Shown in pieces: positions 42,749 to 52,811 of a stretch of DNA of 64,000 nt. Position 1 is the stretch's first letter. The number at the start of each line of letters is the position of its first letter. A program made the position numbers and the translations under genes. The notes beneath the pieces are model-generated. The model saw nothing but the letters and a program-made list of their open reading frames with translations, was not told the DNA's origin and made no database searches. Where the stretch lies: positions 64,001-128,000 of IMG/VR virus record IMGVR_UViG_3300045051_000909. The stretch is one strand, 5' to 3'. This DNA is from a virus (Duplodnaviria; Heunggongvirae; Uroviricota; Caudoviricetes).

Positions 42749-43831
42749 ATGGCGACAGAGAAAATTTGGCAGTACTGCCTGAACAACCACTTGGCCGACT
42801 ACTCCAGCGTTGCTGCGCTATCGAAGTCTAATGTTCTTGCCCTCAAGAATGGGCTTATGGGAAACGGGGTCTCGTTTCTAAACCAAAGCGGCGCGGCTAT
42901 TGGATCACCTCAAGGGCTATGGACGATGTACGCCTCGTGCGACTCGGTTACAGCGGGGACGATGAACGACGGCGTGGACCGCATAGGTGCAGACGCTACC
43001 AAGCTCGTGCGCAACACTGCCGGCAACGCGCACTCGTGGTTCGTGCTCAAATCCCCGCTGATGAGTACGCCTACGTTCCAGCCTGGGGCGAATTTCTATC
43101 TCATCGGCGATGTCGCAGCAGCGGGCGACCAGTTGATGATCAACTACTACTGGAGCAAGAGCGCTCCGACTGGTGGTAGTACGACGGCACGCCCCACTGC
43201 GACAGACGAGATGGGATTCTCAAATACGGGCACATATCAGAATGATAACACCGCGACGAATACGTGGTGGCATTTGATGCTAACTACGGAAGGGTCGTTC
43301 ATCTACTTCGCCGCGAAGTCTGGACTGGGCATCCCGCACTACGGGGCAGTGTTCCTGTTACTCTCCGATACCACGGCTATCGAGCAGTACCCAATCTACG
43401 CCATGAACGTATACTACGCGGCAGGATGGGGCGCTCTTGGAGCTACGTGGTGGTTTCTATGGTCGAACAACGCCACGGGAAACGGCAACTGGGGTAATCG
43501 TATATACGATGGCTCTGCACTTTCTACAGCAGGTGTTGCTTACCCGATGCGCGGAAGTCTAAACAACTCAAACTGGATCGACTTCCTAAACAGCGGATTT
43601 ACGACAGCGCAAGGGGATCGTGCTACCGGAAAGAGCCCAGAATTTCCTATGTGGGCTTACACGTTCACTACGAACCTGTACCAGTACAAGGGGCGGATCC
43701 CAGATCTGATGTGGGGTCAGTCTAACCTGTCCCCTGTAGTAGGATGCACCGACCCCCTTTCCGGGTCTCCGACTTCTATCAACATGGGCGGGGTCTGGAT
43801 CCCCACCAATAGCGCGCTGCTCTGGGGCTAG
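42749..43831 (+). CDS. fibre/appendage protein, paralog 2
   Basis: same conserved blocks as 41656..42741. Confidence 0.7.
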   Translation: MATEKIWQYCLNNHLADYSSVAALSKSNVLALKNGLMGNGVSFLNQSGAAIGSPQGLWTMYASCDSVTAGTMNDGVDRIGADATKLVRNTAGNAHSWFVLKSPLMSTPTFQPGANFYLIGDVAAAGDQLMINYYWSKSAPTGGSTTARPTATDEMGFSNTGTYQNDNTATNTWWHLMLTTEGSFIYFAAKSGLGIPHYGAVFLLLSDTTAIEQYPIYAMNVYYAAGWGALGATWWFLWSNNATGNGNWGNRIYDGSALSTAGVAYPMRGSLNNSNWIDFLNSGFTTAQGDRATGKSPEFPMWAYTFTTNLYQYKGRIPDLMWGQSNLSPVVGCTDPLSGSPTSINMGGVWIPTNSALLWG

Positions 43832-43834
43832 TCG

Positions 43835-44914
43835 ATGGCGACAGAGAAGACTTGGCAGTTCTGCCTGAACCTTGCTGACTCGGATACGAGTTCGGTGGCG
43901 AACTTGTCTAAGTCCCAATTGATGAATCTCAAGAACATGCTCCGTGGAAACGGGGTAACTTTCACGGATGCGGCCGGAAGCGCTATTGGATCACCACAAG
44001 GGCTCTGGGCCACTTACTACTCCTGCGACAGCGTGACAGCGGGGACCGCCAACGACGGCGTGGACCGTTGGGCAGCTATTGCCAACATCGTACGAAACGC
44101 TGCGGGTGTGCATTCATGGTTCGTCTTGAAGTCGCAGACGATGAGCACCACGACGTTCACTCCGGGCGCACCGCTCTACATGATTTTGGACTGCAATGGA
44201 TCCACCGACCAGTCGATGGCTACCGTGATCTTCAGTAAGGCGGCGCCGACCGGTGGCACTACTTCGGCTAGACCGACCGCAACAGATGAGTGGGTACACG
44301 GAGCTTGCGCGCTCAACGACAACACCGCCTCTGCGGGCAAGTGCCACATGGGATTGACGAGCCAGGGGGCTTTCTGGTTCGGCACGAGCAAGAACACCGC
44401 CGGGTACATGTATGGCGGTATTTGTGCGTTCCTACTAGAGGACACCAGGACGACGGATCTGTACCCGTGGCTCACGTACTTCGGGTACCTCGTTAACGGG
44501 ACCAACGACTTCCGTGGTGCGTTCTCCCAGGCGTGCTTCTGTCGCTACAGTCCCGCAGGTAGCTCTACAGGTGGCGCGTGGCGCGCTCGCGCTCATGACG
44601 GTGCGGAGGTAATCAACGAAACCGCGCCGCTCAACCCGATGGGTGGAAGCGCGACTAATAACTTCATTGACATCATGGATACGTTTAGCGCAAGTACGTA
44701 TGACCGGATCACAGGGAAATCATTCGAATTTCCTATGTGGATTTTCTCATACAAAGCGGCCAGCAACTACTTCTCCTATCGCGGCAGGATCCCGGACTTT
44801 TTCTGGGGCCAAGACAACCTAACCTATCCCACCTACGAGCCTACGGTGGGTACGTACAGTACGGGAAACTTCGCAGGCATTTGGATGCCTGTAAACGCAG
44901 CGCTATCGCTGTAA
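43835..44914 (+). CDS. fibre/appendage protein, paralog 3
   Basis: same conserved blocks. Confidence 0.7.
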   Translation: MATEKTWQFCLNLADSDTSSVANLSKSQLMNLKNMLRGNGVTFTDAAGSAIGSPQGLWATYYSCDSVTAGTANDGVDRWAAIANIVRNAAGVHSWFVLKSQTMSTTTFTPGAPLYMILDCNGSTDQSMATVIFSKAAPTGGTTSARPTATDEWVHGACALNDNTASAGKCHMGLTSQGAFWFGTSKNTAGYMYGGICAFLLEDTRTTDLYPWLTYFGYLVNGTNDFRGAFSQACFCRYSPAGSSTGGAWRARAHDGAEVINETAPLNPMGGSATNNFIDIMDTFSASTYDRITGKSFEFPMWIFSYKAASNYFSYRGRIPDFFWGQDNLTYPTYEPTVGTYSTGNFAGIWMPVNAALSL

Positions 44915-44932
44915 ACCAATACGGAGGATTAC

Positions 44933-45343
44933 ATGGCTGGACTAAGCAACTATTTTGAAACCGCGATTCTGAACTACCTATTCCGGGGAAGCGCGGCTCC
45001 CTCGATTCCGGCCACGCTATACATCGGCCTGTTTACAGCGGATCCGGTAGATACCGGTACCGCCAACGAAGTGTCGGGTAACAACTATTCGCGAGTTTCG
45101 ATCTCAACGTCAAATGCGTTTGGGGCTCCGTCAGGCACCCCGGCCCAGAGCATCGCCAACAGCTCCACGATTACATTCCCCGTCGCATCCGGAAGCTGGG
45201 GCACGATCACCCACTTCGCTATCTTTGACGCCGCTTCGAACGGCAATATGCTTGTGGGTGGTGCTCTAAATACCCCGCAGGCTATTGGCCTCAATACGGC
45301 TGCGCAGTTTGGTGTGGGGTCGTTGACGATTAGCCTCGATTAA
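44933..45343 (+). CDS. tail-fibre adaptor-type protein
   Basis: LSNYFE..ILNYLFRG..LYIGLFTA..ITFP.A.G.WG.ITHFAIFDA. Confidence 0.8.
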   Translation: MAGLSNYFETAILNYLFRGSAAPSIPATLYIGLFTADPVDTGTANEVSGNNYSRVSISTSNAFGAPSGTPAQSIANSSTITFPVASGSWGTITHFAIFDAASNGNMLVGGALNTPQAIGLNTAAQFGVGSLTISLD

Positions 45344-45366
45344 GCACTGGCGAGTGAGCGCTACCG

Positions 45367-47547
45367 ATGGGACAACCAGTACTGCCATCCACAATCTTTT
45401 TGTGGCCGATGGACACGGCGTGGAACGCCAATTCCTATACCGCCCTCGGGTCGCTCAATAGTTACGGCCCCGCAGCCTACAACGGCAGCGGTCAGGATGC
45501 GATTATTACTTGGGCGCCTGGCCGGTACAATTATGGGTTTCGTACGCTAAACGATGCTGTTGCTGCGAATCAGCGGTATGGCGCGTTGCGGGTTGGGAAC
45601 AGCTCCGGAAGTGACTCCCTCGCTCAGGCGTTTCTAGGGTCGTGGACTGTAGAGCTATTCACCAAGTGGGACGCAACACAGACGCCTCGAAGTGGGCGCG
45701 TCTGCCTGTTCTCACACTATGCGAACTACAACTCGTTAGGGGAAGTCGGCGTGCTGTGGGGCGCTGAGGGCCCTACAGGTCTCTATGTCGGTTGGGAAAA
45801 CGATGCTCACAATCAAGTTTACGCGGACCTTACCACTCCTCTGGCTATTGACGGTAACTGGCGGCATCTTGCATACAGGCGCAGTGGTGGCACCGTAACA
45901 TTCTTTGTGAATGGAACTCTCGTTGGGACTGTATCTGGTCTTTCCGGAGCAGGGTTGGACCCAGGGTTTAATGGGACTACCACTGAGCACCTGACACTAG
46001 GGTACCGCCCCCTTAGCGACTTCGCAGCCCCCGGCAGCTACTTGTACAACGGATACACCGATGACGTGCGGCTGAGCAACGTTGCCCTGTCCGACGCCAC
46101 GATCTTATCCGATGCAGACTACACCGCGCCTACCTACGCGGGAATAGCCGGTGCTGTCTCTGCTGCCGCAGCTAGCTCGGGGACAGTCACCGTTGTTCCT
46201 TACTACCAACTACAGGGGGCTGCCTCGGCTACCGCCAGTGCCACAGGCGGGGTAACGGTGGTTCCGTACTACTCTCTGGCCGGTAGCGCTGTAGCGACCG
46301 CCGCCGCTGCTGCAACCGTATTGCGTCAGCTTTTCCAGGCACAAGCGTCTGTACAAATCAGCTTTACAGCCGGCGCGCCATTGCTTGCAGGCGACGTGAT
46401 CCCTATTCAAGGCACCAGCACTCCTGCGGCGTCTGCTGCGGCTACTCTGACCGGACTGGTGTCTAAACACGAAAAGCTCTGGTCCTTCTGTCTCAACACG
46501 GTTCGCACCGCTGATTTTTCGTCTGTCGCCGCAGTTTCGAAGTCCATCCTTCTGAGCTTGAAAAACATGCTCATCGCGAATGGCGTGATTTTCACAGACG
46601 ACTACGGTAGCCCTACATCCCCACCAGGAAAATGGTCCATCTATTACTCGTGTGATGGGAACACCGCCGGAACCGCCAACGACGGCGTAGACCGCTGGCT
46701 TAACAATTTGTCGATCACACGAGCGACGGCGGGCTCCGCGCATTCCTGGATGGTACTCAAGTCTCCCACGATGAGTACCGCTACTTTCCAACCCGGCGCC
46801 CCGCTCTACATGATCCTAGACGCCAGCGGAACTACGGATCAGGTAATGTTAAACCTGACCTTTTCAAAGGCAGCGCCGACCGGGGGGACCACAACGGCTA
46901 GACCAACTGCTACTGATGAGTGGACTCACGGCATTACAGCTTTGAACGACAACACGGCGACAGAGCATAGCTTGTTCTTGGCGTTGGCTAGCTCGGGGGC
47001 TTTTTGGTTTGGGTCCAGTAAGCGTGGTCAGGGATACATTGCTGAGGGTATCGCTGCCTTCTTGCTGGAAAACACCGACGCAACCGATGTGTATCCTTGG
47101 CTTACGATGTTCGGCTCTTATGGAGGCGCAGGTTCCTCGCGTGGGGCTTACGCACAAGCCAGCTTCTACCGCTACACAAGCGGCGGGTCTGCTTCGGGCG
47201 GCATGTTCAGGGCGCGCTCGCACACAGGGACTTCGGTACTGACTATGGAGTCCCCGATTCTTCCCTGGGGCGGCACCGGGGCTAGCGGTCTCTACGTGCC
47301 CTGGGACTATTGGCCGGATGTATACCACGACCGGCAGACCAACAAAGCCCCGCGAGTTCCGATCTACGTGTTCGCGTATGATACGGCGGGGGCTACTTAC
47401 TACGCCTATCGCGGGCGCCTCCCGGACTTTTTCTGGGGTCAAACAACTATAGACTATGGAAATGGTGATACCCTCTCCGGAGGAACTAACTTTGTAAACT
47501 GCGGCGGTACCTGGGTACCGGTGAACGCGGGACTGGGACTGGGGTGA
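45367..47547 (+). CDS. LamG/ConA-like domain + Ala-rich linker + paralog-4 domain
   Basis: SWTVELF, WRHLAY.R..VTFFVNG, GYTDDVRLSN; C-terminal ~360 aa match paralogs 1-3. Confidence 0.8.
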   Translation: MGQPVLPSTIFLWPMDTAWNANSYTALGSLNSYGPAAYNGSGQDAIITWAPGRYNYGFRTLNDAVAANQRYGALRVGNSSGSDSLAQAFLGSWTVELFTKWDATQTPRSGRVCLFSHYANYNSLGEVGVLWGAEGPTGLYVGWENDAHNQVYADLTTPLAIDGNWRHLAYRRSGGTVTFFVNGTLVGTVSGLSGAGLDPGFNGTTTEHLTLGYRPLSDFAAPGSYLYNGYTDDVRLSNVALSDATILSDADYTAPTYAGIAGAVSAAAASSGTVTVVPYYQLQGAASATASATGGVTVVPYYSLAGSAVATAAAAATVLRQLFQAQASVQISFTAGAPLLAGDVIPIQGTSTPAASAAATLTGLVSKHEKLWSFCLNTVRTADFSSVAAVSKSILLSLKNMLIANGVIFTDDYGSPTSPPGKWSIYYSCDGNTAGTANDGVDRWLNNLSITRATAGSAHSWMVLKSPTMSTATFQPGAPLYMILDASGTTDQVMLNLTFSKAAPTGGTTTARPTATDEWTHGITALNDNTATEHSLFLALASSGAFWFGSSKRGQGYIAEGIAAFLLENTDATDVYPWLTMFGSYGGAGSSRGAYAQASFYRYTSGGSASGGMFRARSHTGTSVLTMESPILPWGGTGASGLYVPWDYWPDVYHDRQTNKAPRVPIYVFAYDTAGATYYAYRGRLPDFFWGQTTIDYGNGDTLSGGTNFVNCGGTWVPVNAGLGLG

Positions 47548-47551
47548 TACT

Positions 47552-47821
47552 ATGGCGGTTGTGGGGCGCAGCTACTACTCGGTTTTTTATCCAGCGTACA
47601 CCTCGGTAACTACACCTGCGTCCGATTTTGCCGCCCGTCCTATCGTGGCGCGGGACGTTGACTGCCCGACTGGTACAGTGCCGGTCCCGGAAGCTGTGCA
47701 GCCCAAAGCGGTGCGTGCACCTGCATTCCGTTTTGTAATGCAGCACTGGAACTTGCGCATACCCTGGCAGGCGACAACAGCGGGAACGGGAACGATGCTG
47801 CCGGGCGTTAGGAGAGCGTAA
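47552..47821 (+). CDS. small structural protein
   Basis: 89-aa ORF in operon. Confidence 0.6.
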   Translation: MAVVGRSYYSVFYPAYTSVTTPASDFAARPIVARDVDCPTGTVPVPEAVQPKAVRAPAFRFVMQHWNLRIPWQATTAGTGTMLPGVRRA

Positions 47822-49044
47822 TGCAGCTTATTCCGCGAGGCGACACACCCAGAGTGCTCCTTTACGCCACGGACGGTGGCGGTGCACCGCTTACCGGGCT
47901 CACGGTTGCGGCAAAGGTGTCAAAAGATGGTGGTGGATTCATCGCTAGTTCAAACGTAGTCCAGGAAACCGGCTATGGCTTCTACTATGTAGATCTGACC
48001 TCAGCTGAAACCAACGCAGCTGTCATCGCTATCGTTGCTACAGCTACCAATGCTTTCTTCGGCCCGGTGGTTTTGAACACTGAGCCCAACTATACGCCGG
48101 CTCGGTCGGCACGGCTCGACAACCTAGACGCGACCGTGAGCAACCGCGCGACCCAGGCCAGCGTGGATGCGCTGGGGTCCCCGCTTCAGGCCTCGGCGTA
48201 TACCGCGCCGGATAACCCCCGGATCGCGGCTATCGATGCCAAGACCAGCAATCTTCCGGCGATTCCGGCGGCGCGGGGGGACGCGATGACCCTCACTCCG
48301 GCGTATGATGCTGCGAAGACCGCCGCTCAAGTTTCAGACATCCCCACACCCACTGCGAATGCTATTGCCGTTTGGGAGGAACCCACAGCGTCGCACCAGG
48401 CCGCAGGTACCGCCGGTAAGGCAATCACCGCCGGTACAGCTCCCACCGTGCCCGAGATCGTTAGTGGTATTCTGGACGAAGCGCTAGCGAGTCACACGAC
48501 CGCTGGAACTGTCGGCAAACGCCTAGCCGACACCGCTCTGATTACCGACATCCCGACAGCCGCACAGATTACCGATTCCGTATGGGATGAGCCTAAAGCA
48601 GACCATCAGATTGCTGGTTCTACCGGTCAACAGCTATCAACAAGCACCGCGCCTACCGTTCAGCAAATTGTCGACGGCGTACTGGACGGACCCATTGCAG
48701 GGCATGTTGGAGCCGGTACGGTCGGCGAGGCGATCTCGGCTACCGGGAGTTCGACCGTCTATCAGTTTACGGGCGGCGGGGAGATGGTCAATCCGATCAT
48801 TACTTCCGTCATGGCTCCAAACCGACACACGGTCACAGTTGTATTTTCAGAGCCGGTAAAAATGACTGCTGACCCTGATGGTGCTTTGAACCTGGCAAAC
48901 TACTCTATCGTGGGTCTTACAATTAATTCCGTCACCGAAGTCAACAGTACGACGGTAACGCTACACACTGACCTGCAAGTGCCCGGGCTGGGCTACTCCC
49001 TCACCGTGCTCAACATCGTTGACCTCAACGGGAACCCACTCTAA
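47821..49044 (+). CDS. structural protein with four internal repeats and C-terminal Ig-like domain
   Basis: four PT...V(W/L)(D/E)E....H..AG(T/S).G repeats; VTVVFSEPV..DLNGNP. Confidence 0.75.
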   Translation: MQLIPRGDTPRVLLYATDGGGAPLTGLTVAAKVSKDGGGFIASSNVVQETGYGFYYVDLTSAETNAAVIAIVATATNAFFGPVVLNTEPNYTPARSARLDNLDATVSNRATQASVDALGSPLQASAYTAPDNPRIAAIDAKTSNLPAIPAARGDAMTLTPAYDAAKTAAQVSDIPTPTANAIAVWEEPTASHQAAGTAGKAITAGTAPTVPEIVSGILDEALASHTTAGTVGKRLADTALITDIPTAAQITDSVWDEPKADHQIAGSTGQQLSTSTAPTVQQIVDGVLDGPIAGHVGAGTVGEAISATGSSTVYQFTGGGEMVNPIITSVMAPNRHTVTVVFSEPVKMTADPDGALNLANYSIVGLTINSVTEVNSTTVTLHTDLQVPGLGYSLTVLNIVDLNGNPL

Positions 49045-49694
49045 TGGCCGAGATCATTTTCAGTGGTGGGAACTCGACCCCTAGAGATGCAGGGGCCGAT
49101 ATCACCGCGTTGGGTGCGCCCGAACTCAACCTGACCGCCGTTCGAGAGGTGGAGGCACCTACTATAACTGCGGGGGCTTCGGTCTCGCTTAGCAGCCATG
49201 CCCGCGTCAGTTTCACCGGCACAGGTCCGATTACCGAATCTGTCGGCGGAGCCATCGTCGAACAGTTCCCTGTTGAGCTGCGCCTGCTCTCACCTTTCCC
49301 TTACCCTGCCCTCGAGGAATGCCGTCAACGCACGCTACGCGCCGTGACGATCTTCCCTGACACTACTGCGCAGTCGCGAGGCGTTCTCGTATTCGCATAC
49401 GCGACCGAGCTCAGGTCAGTATTCGTGGAACTGCTCAACGCACCTGTTGAGAAGGTTATCGTAGCGATCCCGGGGCGCCAGAAGACGCTAGACATCGATG
49501 CTGACCTCCAGATCTTGCAAATGCGTAAGCCTCAGTTCATGCGCGAAATGGAACAGCTACGCGTACCCCAAGCGTACCGGGACGTCATCGAAACTCACTA
49601 CACCAGCGCATCCTTTACTCACCGTGTATCCGCGATGTGCGCTATGCTCGTGCTCGTAGCCGCGCTGCTCTTGGATGACGAGGCACATGCGTGA
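49044..49694 (+). CDS. hypothetical tail-module protein
   Basis: 216-aa ORF, TAATG-coupled. Confidence 0.65.
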   Translation: MAEIIFSGGNSTPRDAGADITALGAPELNLTAVREVEAPTITAGASVSLSSHARVSFTGTGPITESVGGAIVEQFPVELRLLSPFPYPALEECRQRTLRAVTIFPDTTAQSRGVLVFAYATELRSVFVELLNAPVEKVIVAIPGRQKTLDIDADLQILQMRKPQFMREMEQLRVPQAYRDVIETHYTSASFTHRVSAMCAMLVLVAALLLDDEAHA

Positions 49695-52066
49695 CCGCTT
49701 TCACCGAGACCTTCACTCCGTCTGACCCACATCGCGGGGCCTGGTTGGTTTACATCAACGGGATCGAAGTTCCCTGCCCCGCTGTAACAGTAAGCTACGG
49801 GGTGTGGCAAATCCCTGAGGCAACACTTTCGTTCGCGCCACACCGACTACTTCAGCGGTTGGGTAACGAGGATCGCCTTGAGGTGGTGGTCTTCTATCTG
49901 GATACCCTCCAGAACCCCGATGAGCCTACGTGGAAGCTGCTATTCGAGGGTGACATTGTGGGCTGGAGCTATACCAGCTCGGCACGCGGTCGCCAGATGT
50001 CTTTCAACGCCATCGGCGATATCTCCATCTGGACTCAGCTAAACTATTTCTTCACCAACACCGTTGATGCTGTCGCGACCTCCGTGCTCGATCCGGAAGT
50101 ACACGCGGGCGGCATAATCCAACCGGGGGCCTTTTATCCGTTCTCACTCTTCAAGAAGGGGTTGGTAGTACCCCCTGGGCGTGAAGGTGAAGAGACACCG
50201 GCGGATATCACCCGGCCGTATGAACTAGTCTACAACATCGTGAAGGGTATGCTGAGTCACAACCTCCCTAGCCAGCAGCGCACACTTGCAGCGGTGAACT
50301 TCTTCGCGCGCTGGGCTCGGAAGCGTAACTTCCTGAATCGGTTTGCTGCGCTGCCCTTGATTGAAGACGAGGCCGATAAGACAGCTGGCGTCTTCCCAAT
50401 CTTTCAGTCTGCGCAGGCGGTGCAGGCTGTAGACGCCATGAAGTCCAGCCTGGCAACGACCATTGGCAGCGCAGGGACGATCTTCGACGTACTTAAGGAA
50501 GCCCTGGGTCAGGTCTTCTTCGAGCTCGCGATGATCCCCACGGCTCCCTGTCTACGCGTACGTCTGAATGACGGGACCATCCTGGGACCCTCTAATGTAG
50601 AGCCTACGTCCCCAGTGAACGCAGCACTCGAGCCAGTGCGCGTGGTCAACTACTTCGCCAAACCTCAGATGGTTTTTGGCATACCACCAACCTGCAATGT
50701 CATCTTCCCACCGATGATCGCGTCGTACTCGTACAGCGAGAGCTTCCTCTCGCAACCGACGCGTATGTATGTCAATGACCAGTTCATCTCCAAAGGCCTG
50801 AGCACAACGAACGCATTCGTGCCTCCCGCTCTGACCGCAGCGTATCCTGAAAGTGCCCAGGTCATCCTGCGTCAGCATACCGGGGACCCTACTGACGACA
50901 GCCCAGCCCCCAATAGCCTGGCGCACGGTAAGAACTTGTTGGTGTTCCCTGAAGAGTTCTTCAAGGGGCCGATTATCCGACGCACGCCCGTCCCCGCGTG
51001 GTTCACACACCTGATGAACACGCTGCGGGCAAACAAACCTGACGAGAACACCCCAGAAGAATCCGAGGTACTCAAGCAGGAAGTAGGCCGGGTGCAGCAG
51101 CTTCTCGAGCTGTACGCCAAGTATGAGTACTTCAGGAGCCGCTACGAGCGGCGCGGCGGTGCGGTGAACCTCGCATTCAACCCATATGTTCTGCCTGGCT
51201 TTCCTTGCGTCGTCTTTGACCACCGAGCCAGTGCACTGGACACCGTTGGCTACGTAACCAATGTCACGCAGTCACTAAGCAACGGGAGCATGAGCACGGC
51301 CATCCAGTACAGTTTCGGACGCACCCTCCAGGAGATGTTCGATCTCCTGCACTACGACATTGCTCAGCAGGGCAAGGTGTACGGGGCCGCGCCGCTGGAG
51401 CCGGTGCCCATGATCCGGGACATCATTCAGGATTTCGACAAGGCCGAGCAGTTGTACGGTTCGCTCCTTTTTGGCCGACTGGTACCTGAGGGGCAGACCG
51501 CGGCCTTCGACTTCCGTAAGGTGATTGGCTACATCAAGGATGATCCGACCAAATGGTACGATGATGAAGTCATCGAGCCTATTCAGGTGACCACGACAAA
51601 GGACAATCTAAGTGGGGACCGGGACATTGCTCCGCTTAAGACTGCGGAGGAACTGTTCCAGAACTACGACGCCGCCATGCAATATGTGTCGCGCCCTATC
51701 TGTACCTTGCAGGAGTACATCACCTTCTTGCACGGCGGGAAGTTGCTAAGCGAGCTCATTGATAGTGGGGAGCTACAAGGCGTGAGCAATGAGTACGGCT
51801 ACGACGGCGAAAACGTGTCTACGGATCCACAGATTCCTATCACCGGCGCAACCTACTTCACACGAATTCGAAAATTGCGGCAGGGACCGGGTCCCAATCC
51901 CAATGCCTCGCAGGTGGGCGTGGCGAGTGCAAATGGTGCTGTAACCCCGTATACTGGGAGTCCGCAAGGTGTGGACGCTGGGTTCGCACAGACCCGGTTT
52001 GACTGGGACGCTGTATTGCTAGCGTACCGCCATGAGATCTTGACTCTGGAATCGCCGCAGAGGTGA
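49691..52066 (+). CDS. baseplate hub-like protein
   Basis: 791 aa; AWLVYINGIEVP..LLFEGDI and FNPYVLPGFP..VTNVTQSL patterns; synteny. Confidence 0.6.
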   Translation: MTAFTETFTPSDPHRGAWLVYINGIEVPCPAVTVSYGVWQIPEATLSFAPHRLLQRLGNEDRLEVVVFYLDTLQNPDEPTWKLLFEGDIVGWSYTSSARGRQMSFNAIGDISIWTQLNYFFTNTVDAVATSVLDPEVHAGGIIQPGAFYPFSLFKKGLVVPPGREGEETPADITRPYELVYNIVKGMLSHNLPSQQRTLAAVNFFARWARKRNFLNRFAALPLIEDEADKTAGVFPIFQSAQAVQAVDAMKSSLATTIGSAGTIFDVLKEALGQVFFELAMIPTAPCLRVRLNDGTILGPSNVEPTSPVNAALEPVRVVNYFAKPQMVFGIPPTCNVIFPPMIASYSYSESFLSQPTRMYVNDQFISKGLSTTNAFVPPALTAAYPESAQVILRQHTGDPTDDSPAPNSLAHGKNLLVFPEEFFKGPIIRRTPVPAWFTHLMNTLRANKPDENTPEESEVLKQEVGRVQQLLELYAKYEYFRSRYERRGGAVNLAFNPYVLPGFPCVVFDHRASALDTVGYVTNVTQSLSNGSMSTAIQYSFGRTLQEMFDLLHYDIAQQGKVYGAAPLEPVPMIRDIIQDFDKAEQLYGSLLFGRLVPEGQTAAFDFRKVIGYIKDDPTKWYDDEVIEPIQVTTTKDNLSGDRDIAPLKTAEELFQNYDAAMQYVSRPICTLQEYITFLHGGKLLSELIDSGELQGVSNEYGYDGENVSTDPQIPITGATYFTRIRKLRQGPGPNPNASQVGVASANGAVTPYTGSPQGVDAGFAQTRFDWDAVLLAYRHEILTLESPQR

Positions 52067-52070
52067 GTGC

Positions 52071-52811
52071 ATGATTTACCGCGTAAAGGAAGCACTCCAG
52101 GGTGCGGGCGGGCGGCCTGACGTCAAGCAGAAGGACCTCGAGCTCTGGCGCCAGTGGAAGAAGTCTCAGAATCCCCAGGACCTTCAAAAGCTGCTCGACC
52201 AGATGCAGCCGATCATCTCGCGCGAGGTAAATAAATGGGCGGGCGCGATGTCTCGCAGTTTGCTCGAAGCAGAGGCCAAACGGTTGGCGGTGGAGGCGTT
52301 CAAGAGCTACGACCCTAATCAAGGCACCGCGCTCTCAACCTACGTGGCGAGTCGTCTGCCAAAACTATCCCGCATGGTGTATGCAACGCAGAACACGGCA
52401 CGGCTATCTGAAACCAAGGCCTTGCTCTTTCACACCTACAACACCGCCACCAATGAGCTGCGCGATAAGCACGGGCGTGAGCCGACTAACGAAGAGCTTG
52501 CCGACCATCTCGGCTGGTCAAAAAAGAAGCTTGAGCAGTTTCAACGCCAGGCTACGCGCAAAGAGTTCATCGAGTCGGAAGAACACCCCGACCATGAAAC
52601 CGCTGAGGATCATCTGGCTGACTTCATCTACCACGACCTTACACCACTCCAGAAGCAGATCTTCGAGTATACGACTGGCTATGGTGGTAAGCCCAAGCTT
52701 TCTGGCAAAGAGATCATGTCCAAGCTGGGCGTCACACAAGGCCAACTCTCCTATCAGAAGAGCCTCATCGTCAAAAAGGTAGAGGAGGCACAGCAGGTTC
52801 ATGGCCTATAA
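52071..52811 (+). CDS. phage sigma70-family factor (FliA/WhiG-like)
   Basis: region 2 (EAFKSYDPNQGTALSTY), region 3 (REPTNEELADHLG), region 4 HTH (KEIMSKLGVT). Confidence 0.85.
   Translation: MIYRVKEALQGAGGRPDVKQKDLELWRQWKKSQNPQDLQKLLDQMQPIISREVNKWAGAMSRSLLEAEAKRLAVEAFKSYDPNQGTALSTYVASRLPKLSRMVYATQNTARLSETKALLFHTYNTATNELRDKHGREPTNEELADHLGWSKKKLEQFQRQATRKEFIESEEHPDHETAEDHLADFIYHDLTPLQKQIFEYTTGYGGKPKLSGKEIMSKLGVTQGQLSYQKSLIVKKVEEAQQVHGL

Noticed and set aside
41656-47547. Diversity-generating retroelement or shufflon acting on the fibre paralogs
   Set aside because: No reverse transcriptase, no near-identical TR/VR pair with A-specific mismatches, no invertase or inverted crossover sites seen
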